Shown here: piece by piece, positions 1 to 10,731 of the stretch
Layout of the letters: each line of letters opens with the position of its first letter
How positions within the stretch are numbered: position 1 is the first letter of the stretch
DNA from: the human T2T-CHM13v2.0 reference genome, Homo sapiens
DNA length: 64,000 bases
Assembly (NCBI RefSeq): GCF_009914755.1
Contig: NC_060925.1
Direction: 5' to 3' (one strand)
Notes under the pieces: generated by a model
The model's database searches: none
Told to the model about the DNA's origin: nothing
The model's input: the letters and a program-made list of their open reading frames with translations, nothing else
Position numbers and translations under genes: made by a program

Positions 1-616
1 ACTAAAGTGGTGTTGTGGGAGTGAGTTATGAGGATAATCAGGATTGTCTTGCATGGCAACTGCCTCAGGGGAGGACATTACAGTTTCCTCAGGCAATGCA
101 GAGTTAATCTCCTCAGACAGGGAGAGAAAGGCCACTACCCCTGTGGTTGTAAGGGCTGCTACCACTGGAATTAGGAAGGCTGATTCCCAGCAGGTGGGGA
201 AACCTCTTCTATTGGCAAAGACTTATCAGAATTTAAGGGCTCAACATTTCAGCTTCATGAGGGTCTTCCCATATATCCCCATTCCAACTTATAGGATCCC
301 ACTCTTTCCTAATCAATGCATTCACTTTAGCAGCAGGCACCTTGAAAGGCTGGAAGTTCACCTTGATATTGTAATTCATCCAGTCACAGGATAATATTCT
401 GTGTTTGATTTTCAGCAATTTCAGCTTTGTAGCTATAAGAGATAAGAATCTCTTTCAGGGCAGACCTAGAAGTGTTCTGGTCATTCATGTGGTACTTCAG
501 CTAGGAATTCAAATCCTTGAGTTTATTCTTTTCTTTCACCAGTTTTTCCAGTGGCATTAGGAGCAATCAGATAACCTCATTATATTTATTAGTTTTTTCA
601 GAAGTGTTTGAAATTA

Positions 617-1338
617 CAGTAGTCCCCACTTTTCTGTGACTTCATTTTCCACAGTTTCAGTTACCCAGGGTCAATCAACTGTGGCCCAAAAATGTTAAAT
701 TGAAAAATTTAGAAATAAACAATTTGTAGGTTGCATACCATTCTGAGTACCATCATGAAATATCATGCCATCCTACTCTGTCCCACCCAGGAGAGAAACC
801 ATCCCTTTGTCTGCAGTATCTATACTGTATATACCACCCTTCCACTAGTTACTTAGTAGCCATTTCTATTAGATTGGCTGTCACGGTATCATAGTAATTG
901 AGTCCAAGTAATTCTTATTTTACTTAATAATAGCTCCAAAGCAGAAAAGTAATGATGCTGGCAATTTGGATATGTCAAATAGAAGCTGCCAAGTTCTACC
1001 TTTAAGTGAAAATGTAAAACTTCTTGAATTGGTAAGGAAAGGAAAAAAATATATACCAAGGATGCTAAGATCTATGCTAAGAATGATTCTTCTATCCATG
1101 AAACTGTGAATTAGAAAAAGGAAATTTGTGCTAGTTTTGCTGTTGTACCTCAAATTGCAAAGTTACAGCCACAGTACATGATAAGGCTTCGGATGGAAAT
1201 CACATTAAATTTTTGGGCAAGAGACATGATCAGAAACACATTCTCACTGAAGGCAATTGAGTTCAGTTCTACACTGAAATTCAGTTATCCACTAGGGGGT
1301 CTTGGAATGTATCCCTCATGAATCAAGGGGAACTATTA
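617..1338 (+). mobile_element. MER44 (Tigger7-derived TcMar MITE)
   Basis: Starts TA|CAGTAGTCCCC and ends GGGGTCTTGGAATGTATCC...GGGGAACTATT (degenerate terminal inverted repeats); about 720 bp. Confidence 0.85.
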
Positions 1339-1544
1339 GATTGTAAACACAATCACCCAGCTTCTTGCTTCTTATCAATGGTTGATTAGGAATATTGAAT
1401 ACAGGTCCTTTTCATATCTCTATTGCCAAATCACACCATGGGCTATCAGTCCTCTCCTGGAAATTGAGTCATTCAGATTATAGAGCCAATTCCAAAAATC
1501 CTAGAACCAATTTAGTAAACTCATCCTTAAAATTCTATTTATCT

Positions 1545-1636
1545 GATATTGAATGTTACCAACACAAATAAATGATAAATGTTTGAGATGATGGATGTGC
1601 TAATTACCCTTATCTGATCATTATACATTATAAAAA
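1545..1636 (+). mobile_element. Short L1MA-type 3'UTR fragment inserted in the ERV-L leader
   Basis: TATTGAATGTTACCAACACAAATAAATGATAAATGTTTGAGATGATGGATGTGCTAATTACCC resembles the L1MA 3'UTR; ERV-L sequence resumes on both sides. Confidence 0.65.
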
Positions 1637-1670
1637 CTGTTTCTTTAGAACAATTCACGGTACCAAAATC

Positions 1671-1743
1671 TCTATTGATGTTTAAAGAGCTATCTGGAGG
1701 TTCCATGGCCCAGTCAAGTTGACATATAAAATTAACCGTAACA
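1671..1743 (-). mobile_element. MLT2 5' LTR remnant (internally deleted)
   Basis: GGCCCAGTCAAGTTGACATATAAAATTAACCGTAACA is the reverse complement of the MLT2 start (TGTGATGGTTAATTTTATGTGTCAACTTGACTGGGCC). Confidence 0.8.
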
Positions 1744-1824
1744 TCTTCCTTGTTTATTTTCCAAAACTTCGTGGGTGACTATTAGCAAATGTTTTTAAAT
1801 GGACATTTTCCTGTCTGAAGAATA

Positions 1825-3897
1825 AAGAAAACAATCACATTTATAATTGCATCAAAAACAATTAAATACTTAGGAATAAATTAACCGAGGAGGTAAAAGA
1901 TTTTACATTAAAAACTATAAAACACTGATGAAAGAAATAAAGACACAAATAAATGGAAAGATATCTGTGATAATGAGTCAGAATTCATATTGTTTAAGTA
2001 TTCATACTACCCAAAGTAGTCTATAGATTCCATGCAATCCCTCTCAAAATTTAAATGGCATTTTTCACAAATAGAGAAAAAAGTTCTAAAATTCATGTAA
2101 AACTACAAAAGACTCCAAAATAGCCAAAGTAATCTTGAGTTAAAAACAAAAAAAAAAAGCTGGCGGCATCACATTACTTAATTTAAAATGATATTACAAA
2201 GACTACAAATTGGGTTCAGTGTATATTGCTCGAGTGATGGGTGCACCAAAATCTCACAACTCACCACTGAAGAACTTACTGATGTAACCAAATACCACCT
2301 GTTCCCCAAAAACATATAGAAATTTAAAAAAAGTTTTAATTATATTACAAAGCTATAGTAGTAATCAAAACAGCATAGTGCCAGCCTAAAAACTGATATA
2401 TTGACCAATGGAGCAGAATAGAGAGTCCAGAAATAAACTCACACAAACAAAATTAACTAATATCTGACCAGGGTGCCAAGAATACACAATGGTGAAAGAA
2501 TAGTCTCTTCACTAAATGGTGTTGGGAAAACTGAATAACCACTTGCAAAACAATAAAATTGGATCCCTTATACCATTCAAAAAAATAATTTGAAATGGTT
2601 TAAGGACCAAGAATGTAAGACCTAAAGCCATAAAACTCTTAGAAAAAAAAAAAAAAACCACATAGAAGCTCATTAACATTTGTCTTAGCAGTGATTTTTT
2701 TGGGGGTATAACACCAAAGTACAAGCAACCAAAAATAAACTGAGACTACATCAAACTAAAAAGATTCTGCACTAACAAAGGAAATAATCAACAAAATGAA
2801 AAGTCAACCTACAGAAGGGGAGAAAATATTCTCAAATCATACATCTAATAAAGGGTTAATACTCAAACTATAAAGGAACTCCTATAACTCAATAGCAAAC
2901 AAATAAGTAATTCGTTTAAAAAAGGATCTGAATAGACAATTTTCCCAGGAAGACATACAAATGAACCACAGGTACATTAAAAGGTGCTCAACGTCACTAA
3001 TTATCAGAGAAATACAAATTAAAACCACGATGAGATACCACTTGATACCTAATAGGATGAATATTATTAAAAAGACAAGAGATAAGTGTTGGTGAGGTTG
3101 TGGAGAAAAGGGGACTTTCATGCACTGTTGGTAGGGATGTAAACTGATGCAGTCATCATGGAAAAGAGTATGGAGCTTTCTCAAAAAACAAAAAATAAAG
3201 CTACCAAATGATCAAGCAATCTCACATCTGGTTATATATCTAAAGGAAACACAATCAAGATCTTAGAGAGATATCTGTCCTCTCATGTTCATTAGAGCAT
3301 TATTCACAATAGCCCAGACATGGAAACAACCTCAGTGTCCACTGATGGATGAAAGGATTTAAAAATGTGGTATGTGTATACAATAGAATATTATTTATCC
3401 ATAAAAACAAGGAACTCCTGCCATTTGCAGCAACATGTTTGAACCTCGAGGGCATTATACTAAGTGAAATAAATCAGACAAAAAAAAATACTATCTGATC
3501 TCACTTATATATGGAATCTAAAAAGGATGAACTTATAGAAGCACAGAGTGGAATGGTGATTGTGAGAGGCTGGGTGGGAGAATAGAGAGATGGTGGTCAC
3601 AATGTATAAATTTTCAGTTAATATGAATGAGTTCTGGGATTTCAATGTACAGAATAGTGACTATCATTAATACTACTGTATTGTATACTTGAAATTTACT
3701 AGTAGAGTAGGTCTTAAATGCTCTCACACATACACACACACACACAAATACTATATGAGCTGATGGATGTGTTAACTAACTTGATTGTGCTAATCTTTTC
3801 ACTATATATCTATGTATACCAAATTATCATATTTTATGCCTTAAATTTATACAATTTTATTTGTCAATTATATCTCAATAAAGCTGGGAGATGGAAA
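1825..3897 (+). mobile_element. L1MA-type (about L1MA9) ORF2 3' half plus 3'UTR, degenerate
   Basis: ORF2 C-terminal homology with many stops; 3'UTR ends ...TTTGTCAATTATATCTCAATAAAGCTGGG. Confidence 0.85.
2202..2341 (+). mobile_element. 5'-truncated L1PB-type 3' end nested in the L1MA element
   Basis: ACTACAAATTGGGTTCAGTGT...CACCTGTTCCCCAAAAAC plus A-rich tail; TSD ATATTACAAAG at 2191-2201 and 2342-2352. Confidence 0.8.
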
Positions 3898-4135
3898 TAA
3901 GTAAACTTTGTAAAAGTCAGCATTGTTCAAACTACAGGCTAAAACTCCTTAAGTTCCTGAAATCAAATTAGTTGATCACAATGAGTTTTGTTAAAAGTGA
4001 AACTGAGTGCAATAGCAAATATCAGAATGCGTCTCATGTAATAAGGACAAATTTTGTTTTGTGGCACTCTATTTTCAGTTACATGTGTGTAAATGTGTGC
4101 ATTGTAATAGAAATTGTATTTCTTAGTATGACAGC

Positions 4136-4269
4136 AAAGAAGAGATAGAAAGGAAGAAAGAAAAAGAAAAGGAAGGAAGGAAGGAAAAAAGAAGAAAGAA
4201 AAGAAAGAAAGAAAAAGAAAGAAAGAAAGAAAGAAAAGGAAGGAAGGAAGGAAGGAAGGAAGGAAGGAA

Positions 4270-4318
<49 letters not shown>

Positions 4319-4501
4319 GAAAGAAAGAAAAGAAAGAGAAAGGAAGAAAGAAAGAGAAAGAAAAAAGAGAGGGAGGAAGGGAAGGAGTGAGGGAGGGAAG
4401 AAAGAAAGAAAGAGAAAGAAAGAAAGAAAGAGAGAAAGAAGAGGAAGGAGGGAGAGAAGGGAAAAGAAAAGAAAAAGAAAGGAAAGAGAAAGAAAGAAAA
4501 A
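4136..4501 (+). repeat. Polypurine compound microsatellite with (GGAA)9 and (GAAA)11
   Basis: About 365 bp almost purely A/G; GGAA run at 4238-4273 and GAAA run at 4274-4317. Explains the F/L/S-rich minus-strand ORFs. Confidence 0.97.
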
Positions 4502-4816
4502 TTCTGGAAACGGCAAATATGTGTTGCACATAAAAAGATTGGTTTTTTTAGGGAGGTCGTTTTTCAGTTTTCTTAAGGGATTAGTGATAGGTAAAATAAT
4601 GTATTAAGGGGTTTGTAACATATGTAAAAGTAAAATAAATAAAATAATATAAAGAATGAGAGGGGAGAAATAGATATACACTATAGTAAAGCTTATATAT
4701 TATAAATAAGAAGAGATAGGACAAATAGAAAACAAATACCAAAATGATCTAGTTAAATGTGTCAACATTAAAATAAGCTAAATTACAATTAATTACATTA
4801 ATTGTAAACAATCTGA

Positions 4817-5019
4817 ACAAAGAGTTGGCAAACTTTTTCTTAATAAGACAGATAATAAATATTTTAGGCTTAGAGGTCACAGAGTCTGAGTCACAACTAT
4901 TTAACTATACTGCTATCGCTTGAAAGCAGCCATTGAAAATGCATATACAAATGAGCATTGCTGTGTTTCAATAGTATTTTCTTTATAAAAACTGTGGGAC
5001 TGCAGCTTGTTGACCCTTG
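4817..5019. mobile_element. MER58A (hAT-Charlie MITE)
   Basis: GTTGGCAAACTTTTTC...ATAAATATTTTAGGCTT...GAAAGCAGCCAT...TTGACCCTTG. Confidence 0.8.
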
Positions 5020-5079
5020 CCATATGAGAAAGTGTAAACTAAAAATAGAATATAGTATTAAAAACATGATATCAGTCTT

Positions 5080-6050
5080 CAAATAATGTTATTCCCTGAT
5101 TGGATGGGTATCAAAAAAGAAACCACTAGAAAAATTAGAAAATACTTGGAGATGAATGAAAACAAAAACACAACATACCAACACTTTTGGGATGCAGTGA
5201 AAATAGTGTTTAGATGGAAATTTGTAGTTATAAATGCCCACATTAAAGGGGATGGAAGATATCAAATCAACAACCAAAAATCACACCATAAACAACTACA
5301 AGAAGAAAAGTAAACTAAACCCAAAGACAGCAGTAAGAAATTTAAAAAAAAAAAGAAAGAAAAAAATAGAATTTACAAAACTAAATTTAGTTCTTTAAAA
5401 AAAACACCAAAACTGACAAACCTTTAGCTAGACTAAAAAAAAAAAAAATCTTAAAGAGAATGAGAGAGAGAGATGATGCAAAAATTAGAAATAAAGTAAC
5501 ATTATTACAAACTTACAATAATTGAGTTACAGGAGAATACTGTGAACAATTGTACAGCTAAAAGTAATAATCTAAATTAAATGTACACATTCCTAGAAAC
5601 ACACAAATCACAAAAACTGACTCAAGGAGAAATAGAATATCTCAACAGACCTATAACAACTAAAGATATGGAATCAGTAACCAAAAGCCTTCCAACAAAG
5701 AAAAGCCCAGGAATAGATGATCTTCACTGATGGATTCTACCAAACATTTAAGAAAGAATTAACACTAATTCTACTCAAACTCTTCCACAAAAAATAAGAG
5801 AAGAGTAGAGAAAACTTTCTAAAATATCTTATGAGGGCAGCATTACCGTGATACCAAATCCAAAGACAACTCAAGAAAAAACTACAGACTAAAGTTTTAT
5901 GAACATAGATGCATAAATTCTTGATGGAGTATGGCCAAAATGAATCCAACAGCACATTAAAAGGTTTATACACATTGACCAAGTAGAATTTATCTCAGGA
6001 ATGCAAGAGTGATTTAATATAAGACAAACAACTAATAAAATCAAACACAG
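5080..6050 (+). mobile_element. Old L1M ORF2 fragment (post-endonuclease linker to start of RT)
   Basis: ORF 5086-5313 (IRKYLEMNENKNTTYQHFWDAVK) is homologous to L1 ORF2; frameshifted. Confidence 0.8.
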
Positions 6051-6059
6051 TCTAAGTGA

Positions 6060-8752
6060 CTCGTTATACAGAAGAGCTCATCAATAAGATTAACATCAGA
6101 CTTCTCATTGGAAACATTGAAGACCAAAGAAGAAAATTTTGAAAATTTCCAGAAGAAAAAAACGTGTAATTTATCACCAGCAGATTTTATGTACCAAAAA
6201 AATGCTGAAGGGAGTTCTTCAGGCAGAATAAAAGGACAGTAGACAGTAACTTAGATCCACCTAAAGAAATAAAAAGCACCACTAAAGGTAACTAAACAGC
6301 AAAATGAAAAAAAAAAAAGTATGAATGCATTTTTGTTTATAACTCTTTTATTCTCTTGTCAGATTAAAAGACAACCAAATAAAGCAATGATTATAAAACT
6401 GTGTCAATGTGCTATTAAAGATGTAATTTATATATCTCTTAGCTGATGACATGACTCTATACTTAGAAAATCCTAAAGACTACCAAACGACTCCTAGCCT
6501 GATACAATAATTCACTTCAGTAAAGTTTCAGGATACAAAATCAATGCATAAATATCAGTAGCATTTATGTATACCAATAGCACTCAAGCTGAGAACCAAG
6601 TCAACAGCACAATCCCATTTACAATAGCCACACACACACGAAAAGTACCCCAGAACATATATAATCAAAGAGGTGAAAGATCTCTACAAGGAGAACTAAA
6701 AATCACTGCTGAAACAAATCATAGATAACACAGACAAATGGAAAAACATTTCATGCTCATGGATTGGAAGAATCAATATTGTTAAAATTTCCATACTGCT
6801 CAAAGGAATCTACAGATTCAATGCAATCCTTATCAAATTACCAACATCATTCTTCATAAAATTGGAAAACAAATTCTAAAATTCATATGGAACCAAAAGA
6901 GCTCGACTAGCCAAAGCTATCCTAAGCAAAAGAACAAATATGGAGGCATCACATTATTCAACTTCAAGCTACACTACAAAGCTACAGTTACCAAAACAGC
7001 ATGGTACTTGTGCAAAAAATAAATGCAGAGACCAATGGAACAGAATAAGGAACTCAGAAAATAAGCCACACATCTACGAACAGCTTATCTTTGCCAAAGC
7101 TGACAAAAGTAAACAATGGGGAAAGCCAACTCTATTCACTAAATGTTGCTAGAAAAACTGGCTAACCATGTGCAGAAGAATGAAACTGAACCCCTACCTC
7201 TAACCATATACAAAAATTAACTCAAGATGGATTAAAGACTTAAATTTAAGACCTCAAATTCTAAAAATCTTACAAGAAAACAGGAAATACTCTTCTGGAC
7301 ATTGGCCTAGGCAAAGAATTTATGACTAAGTCCTCATAGCAAATGTAACAATAAAACTGACAAATGGGATCTAATTAAGCCAAAGAGCTTCTGCACAGCA
7401 AAAGAAACTATCAGCAGAGTAAACAACCTACAGAAAGGGAGAAAATATTTGCAAACTATGGATCTGACAAAGGCCTAATACCCAGACTCTACAGGAACTT
7501 AAATCAACCAACAACCCCAATAAAAAGAGGGCAAAGTACGTGAACAGAAACTTCTCAAAAAAAAGACATACAAGTGGCCAAAAAACATGAAAAATGGTCA
7601 TCAACACTAATCACCAGAGAAAGGCAAATCAAAACCACCAGGAGATACCATCCCACACAAGTCAGAATGGCCACTATTAAAAAATCAATAAATAGCAGAT
7701 ATTGATGAGGTTTCAGAGAAAAGGCAATGTTGGTGGGACTGTAAATTCACTCAGCCCCGTGGAAGGCAGTTTGGAGATTTCTCAAAGAACTCAAAATAGA
7801 GTTACTATTTGACCTAGCAATAGCATTACTGGGTATATACCCAAAGGAAAAGAAATCATTCTTCCAAAAAGACACATGCACCCACGTGGTTATCACAGCA
7901 CTATTTCCAATAGCAAAGTCATGAAATCAACCTAGGTGCCCATTAACAGTGATTAAATAAAGAAAATGTGGTACGTATACACCATGGAATACTATGTAGC
8001 CATAAAAAAGAACAAAATCATGCCTTTTGTAGCAACATAGATGCAGCTAGAGGTCATTATTCTAAGTGAATTAGTGCAGAAGCAGAAAACCATATACTAC
8101 ATATTCTCACTTATAAGTGGGAGCTAATCATTGGATACACATGAACATAAAGATGGGCACAATAAACACTGGGGACTCCAAATGAAGGGAGGGAGGGAGG
8201 CAAGGGGTGAAAAAGTACCTATCAGGTGCTGTGTTCATTATTTTGGTGATGAATTCAGTTGACGCTCAAACCTCAGCATTATGCAATATATTCAAGTAAC
8301 AAATCTGCACATGTACCACCTGAATCTAAAATGAGATTTTTTAAAAGATGGAATTTGTACAACAATGATACTACAAATGAAGGGAAAGTAAATGAAGCTA
8401 TATTGGACTAAAGTTTTGTATGTTATTAAAATCGATTTGGTATTAATCTAAACTATGTCGCTTTAAATTAATATTTTAATTGCACTACTCAGGAGAATTC
8501 TAAGAAAATAACTCTAAAAGCATAGTAAAACAACAAAGGGATAGAAATAGTGTCCTAGAAAATATCTATTTAATATCAATGAAAGCAGTAATCAATGAAT
8601 GCAGAGATAAAAAAAAACCACAAAAGGTAAACAAAAAACAGTTTCCAAAACAGCAGACATAAATTCTACCTTAGCAGTAATTATATTAAATTTAGATAGA
8701 CCAAGCACTCCAAACAAAAGCCAAAGATTGGCAAAATAGATTTTGAAAACAT
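6060..8752 (+). mobile_element. Old L1M (ORF1 end / inter-ORF / ORF2 start) hosting a younger L1 insertion
   Basis: 6060-6430 resembles the ORF1 3' end (ATAAGATTAACATCAGACTTCTCA); 8650-8752 resembles the ORF2 start; split by the 6435-8343 insertion. Confidence 0.6.
6435..8343 (+). mobile_element. 5'-truncated L1 (L1PB4/L1PA16-17-like) ORF2 3' part plus 3'UTR
   Basis: Starts near the RT ADD motif (GCTGATGACATG); 3'UTR CAAACCTCAGCATTATGCAATATA...CTGAATCTAAAA; degenerate TSD AAAGATGTAATTT / AAAGATGGAATTT. Confidence 0.85.
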
Positions 8753-9304
8753 TATTCTGGTTTTCACTCTGGCACATAAGAAGCTGGATGTCACCAGCTT
8801 CCACTTCAACAAGTAAAAAGCTGAACAAACTGAAAAATTAACAATTCTTCTTAAATCCATTTGAGAGGGGGGCCACAGGGCAAACCACTTCCCCCTGAAT
8901 TGGAAAGACTGACAAGCAAATGCAGCACAAATCTTTGCAGGAACCAGAGTCAAGGTATGGAAACCTGAACGGAAATTGACAAATTGATAGAAACTCAGTG
9001 TGGACAAATCTAAGAGATAAAAACCCAGTCGTAGACCACATTTTTGTGAGTTTTGCCTCCAGGAACTCAACACACTTCTCCTAGTGAGTACTGGAGAAAA
9101 ATCTTCTCATGTTTCCAACAGGGAGAGAAGTTAGGGGTGGGAACTGTTTTCAAATATGCCAGAACATTCTGTTCATCTAAAAAGGATCTGCCCTCAGGAG
9201 AAACTCTAACCAGAGCCTAACCTACCACGGTACTATCAGAGCCAAACTGACCTGGGGAAAGAAAAATACTCAATTGTAGCCAGCTCTATTCCTCCACATA
9301 AAGA

Positions 9305-9680
9305 TGCTATGGTTTAAATGTCTTCTCTAAAACTCATGTTGATGTTTAACTGCCACATAACAGTGCTCAGAGGTGGGATCTTTAAGAGGGGTTTAGGTCA
9401 TGGGGGTACCCCTATTATTGCAGGTGGGGGTTAGTTATTGTGGAAGTGGGTTCCTGATTTTAAAAATGAGTTTGGCTCAATTTTCTCTCTCTGTCATGCA
9501 CACTTGCTTGCCCTTTTGCCTTCCACCAGAGGATAATGCAGCACAGAAGCCTTTTCCCGACGCCAGTGCCATTCTCTTGGACCTCCCAGCCTGTAGAACT
9601 GTGAAACAAATAAACTTCTGCTCATTATAAATTATCCAGTCTCAGGCATTTGTGATAGCAGCAGAAAGCATGCTAAGAAA
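9305..9680 (+). mobile_element. MST-family (MaLR) solo LTR
   Basis: TGCTATGGTTTAAATGT...TTGGACCTCCCAGCCTGTAGAACTGTGAAACAAATAAA...CTAAGAAA. Confidence 0.88.
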
Positions 9681-10452
9681 GAAGGCAAATATTTAACTCC
9701 AGCCTCCTCTAACCTTCCACATTAAAGAAGAAAACTACCCAACACACCTGCCCACTCTAGTTATCTTGACCCACTGAAGGTGGGCAGGGCAGGACTAAGA
9801 AGCACATGTGATGTCCACAGTCAAAGATACAGGCTCACCAAGACACTGACACCTAATCATAGGTTTCTCCTTCCTCCAAATCTTACCATCACATTACCAA
9901 TGGTCTATTTACAGCAGTTTCTTTTACCCAGTACATCATGTCCAGTCATCAAGAAAAAATTGTAAGACACATTAAAAGGCAAATAAATGAATAAATAAAT
10001 AAAACCCAAACAAACACATACACACTTTGAAGAGACAAAGCAAGCATAAGGACCAGACTCAGATATGCAGCGCTATTGGAATTATGAGACTGAGAATTTA
10101 AAACAACTATGATTAAAATGGTAAGGGCTCTAACAGAAAAAGTAAACAGCATGCAAGAACACATGGACAATGTAAGAAATGGGAATTTTAATAAGAAACC
10201 AAAAAGAAAAGCTAGAGATAAAAAAAGAAAAGAAACTGTGAAAAAAAAAAGGAATGCCTTTGATGAGTGTATTGGCAGACTGGACAGAGCTAAGAAAAGA
10301 ATCTCTGAGTTTAAAGACATTTGCATAGAAACCACCAAAACTCAAAAATAAAGATAAAAAGATTGGAAAAAAAAAAAAACAAAAAAAAACCAGAACAGAG
10401 TATCTGAGAACTGTGGGACAACTACAAAAGGTACAACATACATGTATTTTTT

Positions 10453-10531
10453 CAAATATTTGTCCCGTGCCTTTCCTCTCTTTTTTTCCCCTTGGGAAAA
10501 AAAGAGAGGAAAGGCACGGGACAAATATTTG
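10453..10531. repeat. Perfect inverted repeat: 38-bp arms, 3-nt loop
   Basis: CAAATATTTGTCCCGTGCCTTTCCTCTCTTTTTTTCCC-CTT-GGGAAAAAAAGAGAGGAAAGGCACGGGACAAATATTTG; arms checked base by base. Confidence 0.98.
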
Positions 10532-10684
10532 GGGGAAAAAAAAAGTGACAGAGTTTCCCCAAATTGGAGTCAGACAGCAAATCACAAATCCAGAAACTCG
10601 GAGAACATCAAACACGATAATGCTAAAAACTACACCTAAGCATATCATTTTCAAATGACAGAAAATCAAAGAAAAAATCCTGAA

Positions 10685-10731
10685 TGAAGCCAGAAGTGAG
10701 AAAAATTTCTGAAGCCAGAAGTGAGAAAAAT
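10685..10731 (+). repeat. Perfect 22-bp direct duplication
   Basis: TGAAGCCAGAAGTGAGAAAAAT at 10685-10706 and 10710-10731, with spacer TTC. Confidence 0.95.

Larger units (their letters stand above)
1..1670 (-). mobile_element. ERV-L (HERV-L-like) internal region, 5' leader and gag remnant; interrupted by MER44 and a short L1 fragment, runs off the window start
   Basis: Minus-strand ORF 233-418 contains KVNALIRKEWDPISWNGDIWED, matching the ERV-L gag motif (KVRALIGKEWDP.TW.GD.WED). The minus strand from 1670 reads GATTTTGGTACC..., the ERV-L internal 5' end, directly next to an MLT2 LTR remnant. Confidence 0.8.

Noticed and set aside
3918-4130. Possible hAT-Charlie relic
   Set aside because: Resemblance too weak to assign a family or boundaries without a Dfam search.
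3963-4531. 188-aa and 150-aa minus-strand ORFs rich in F/L/S
   Set aside because: Translation of the (TTTC)n/(TTCC)n microsatellite; not protein-like.
10130-10669. 179-aa minus-strand ORF and overlapping ORFs with mirrored peptides
   Set aside because: Antisense to an A-rich L1 ORF1; the mirrored peptides come from the palindrome.
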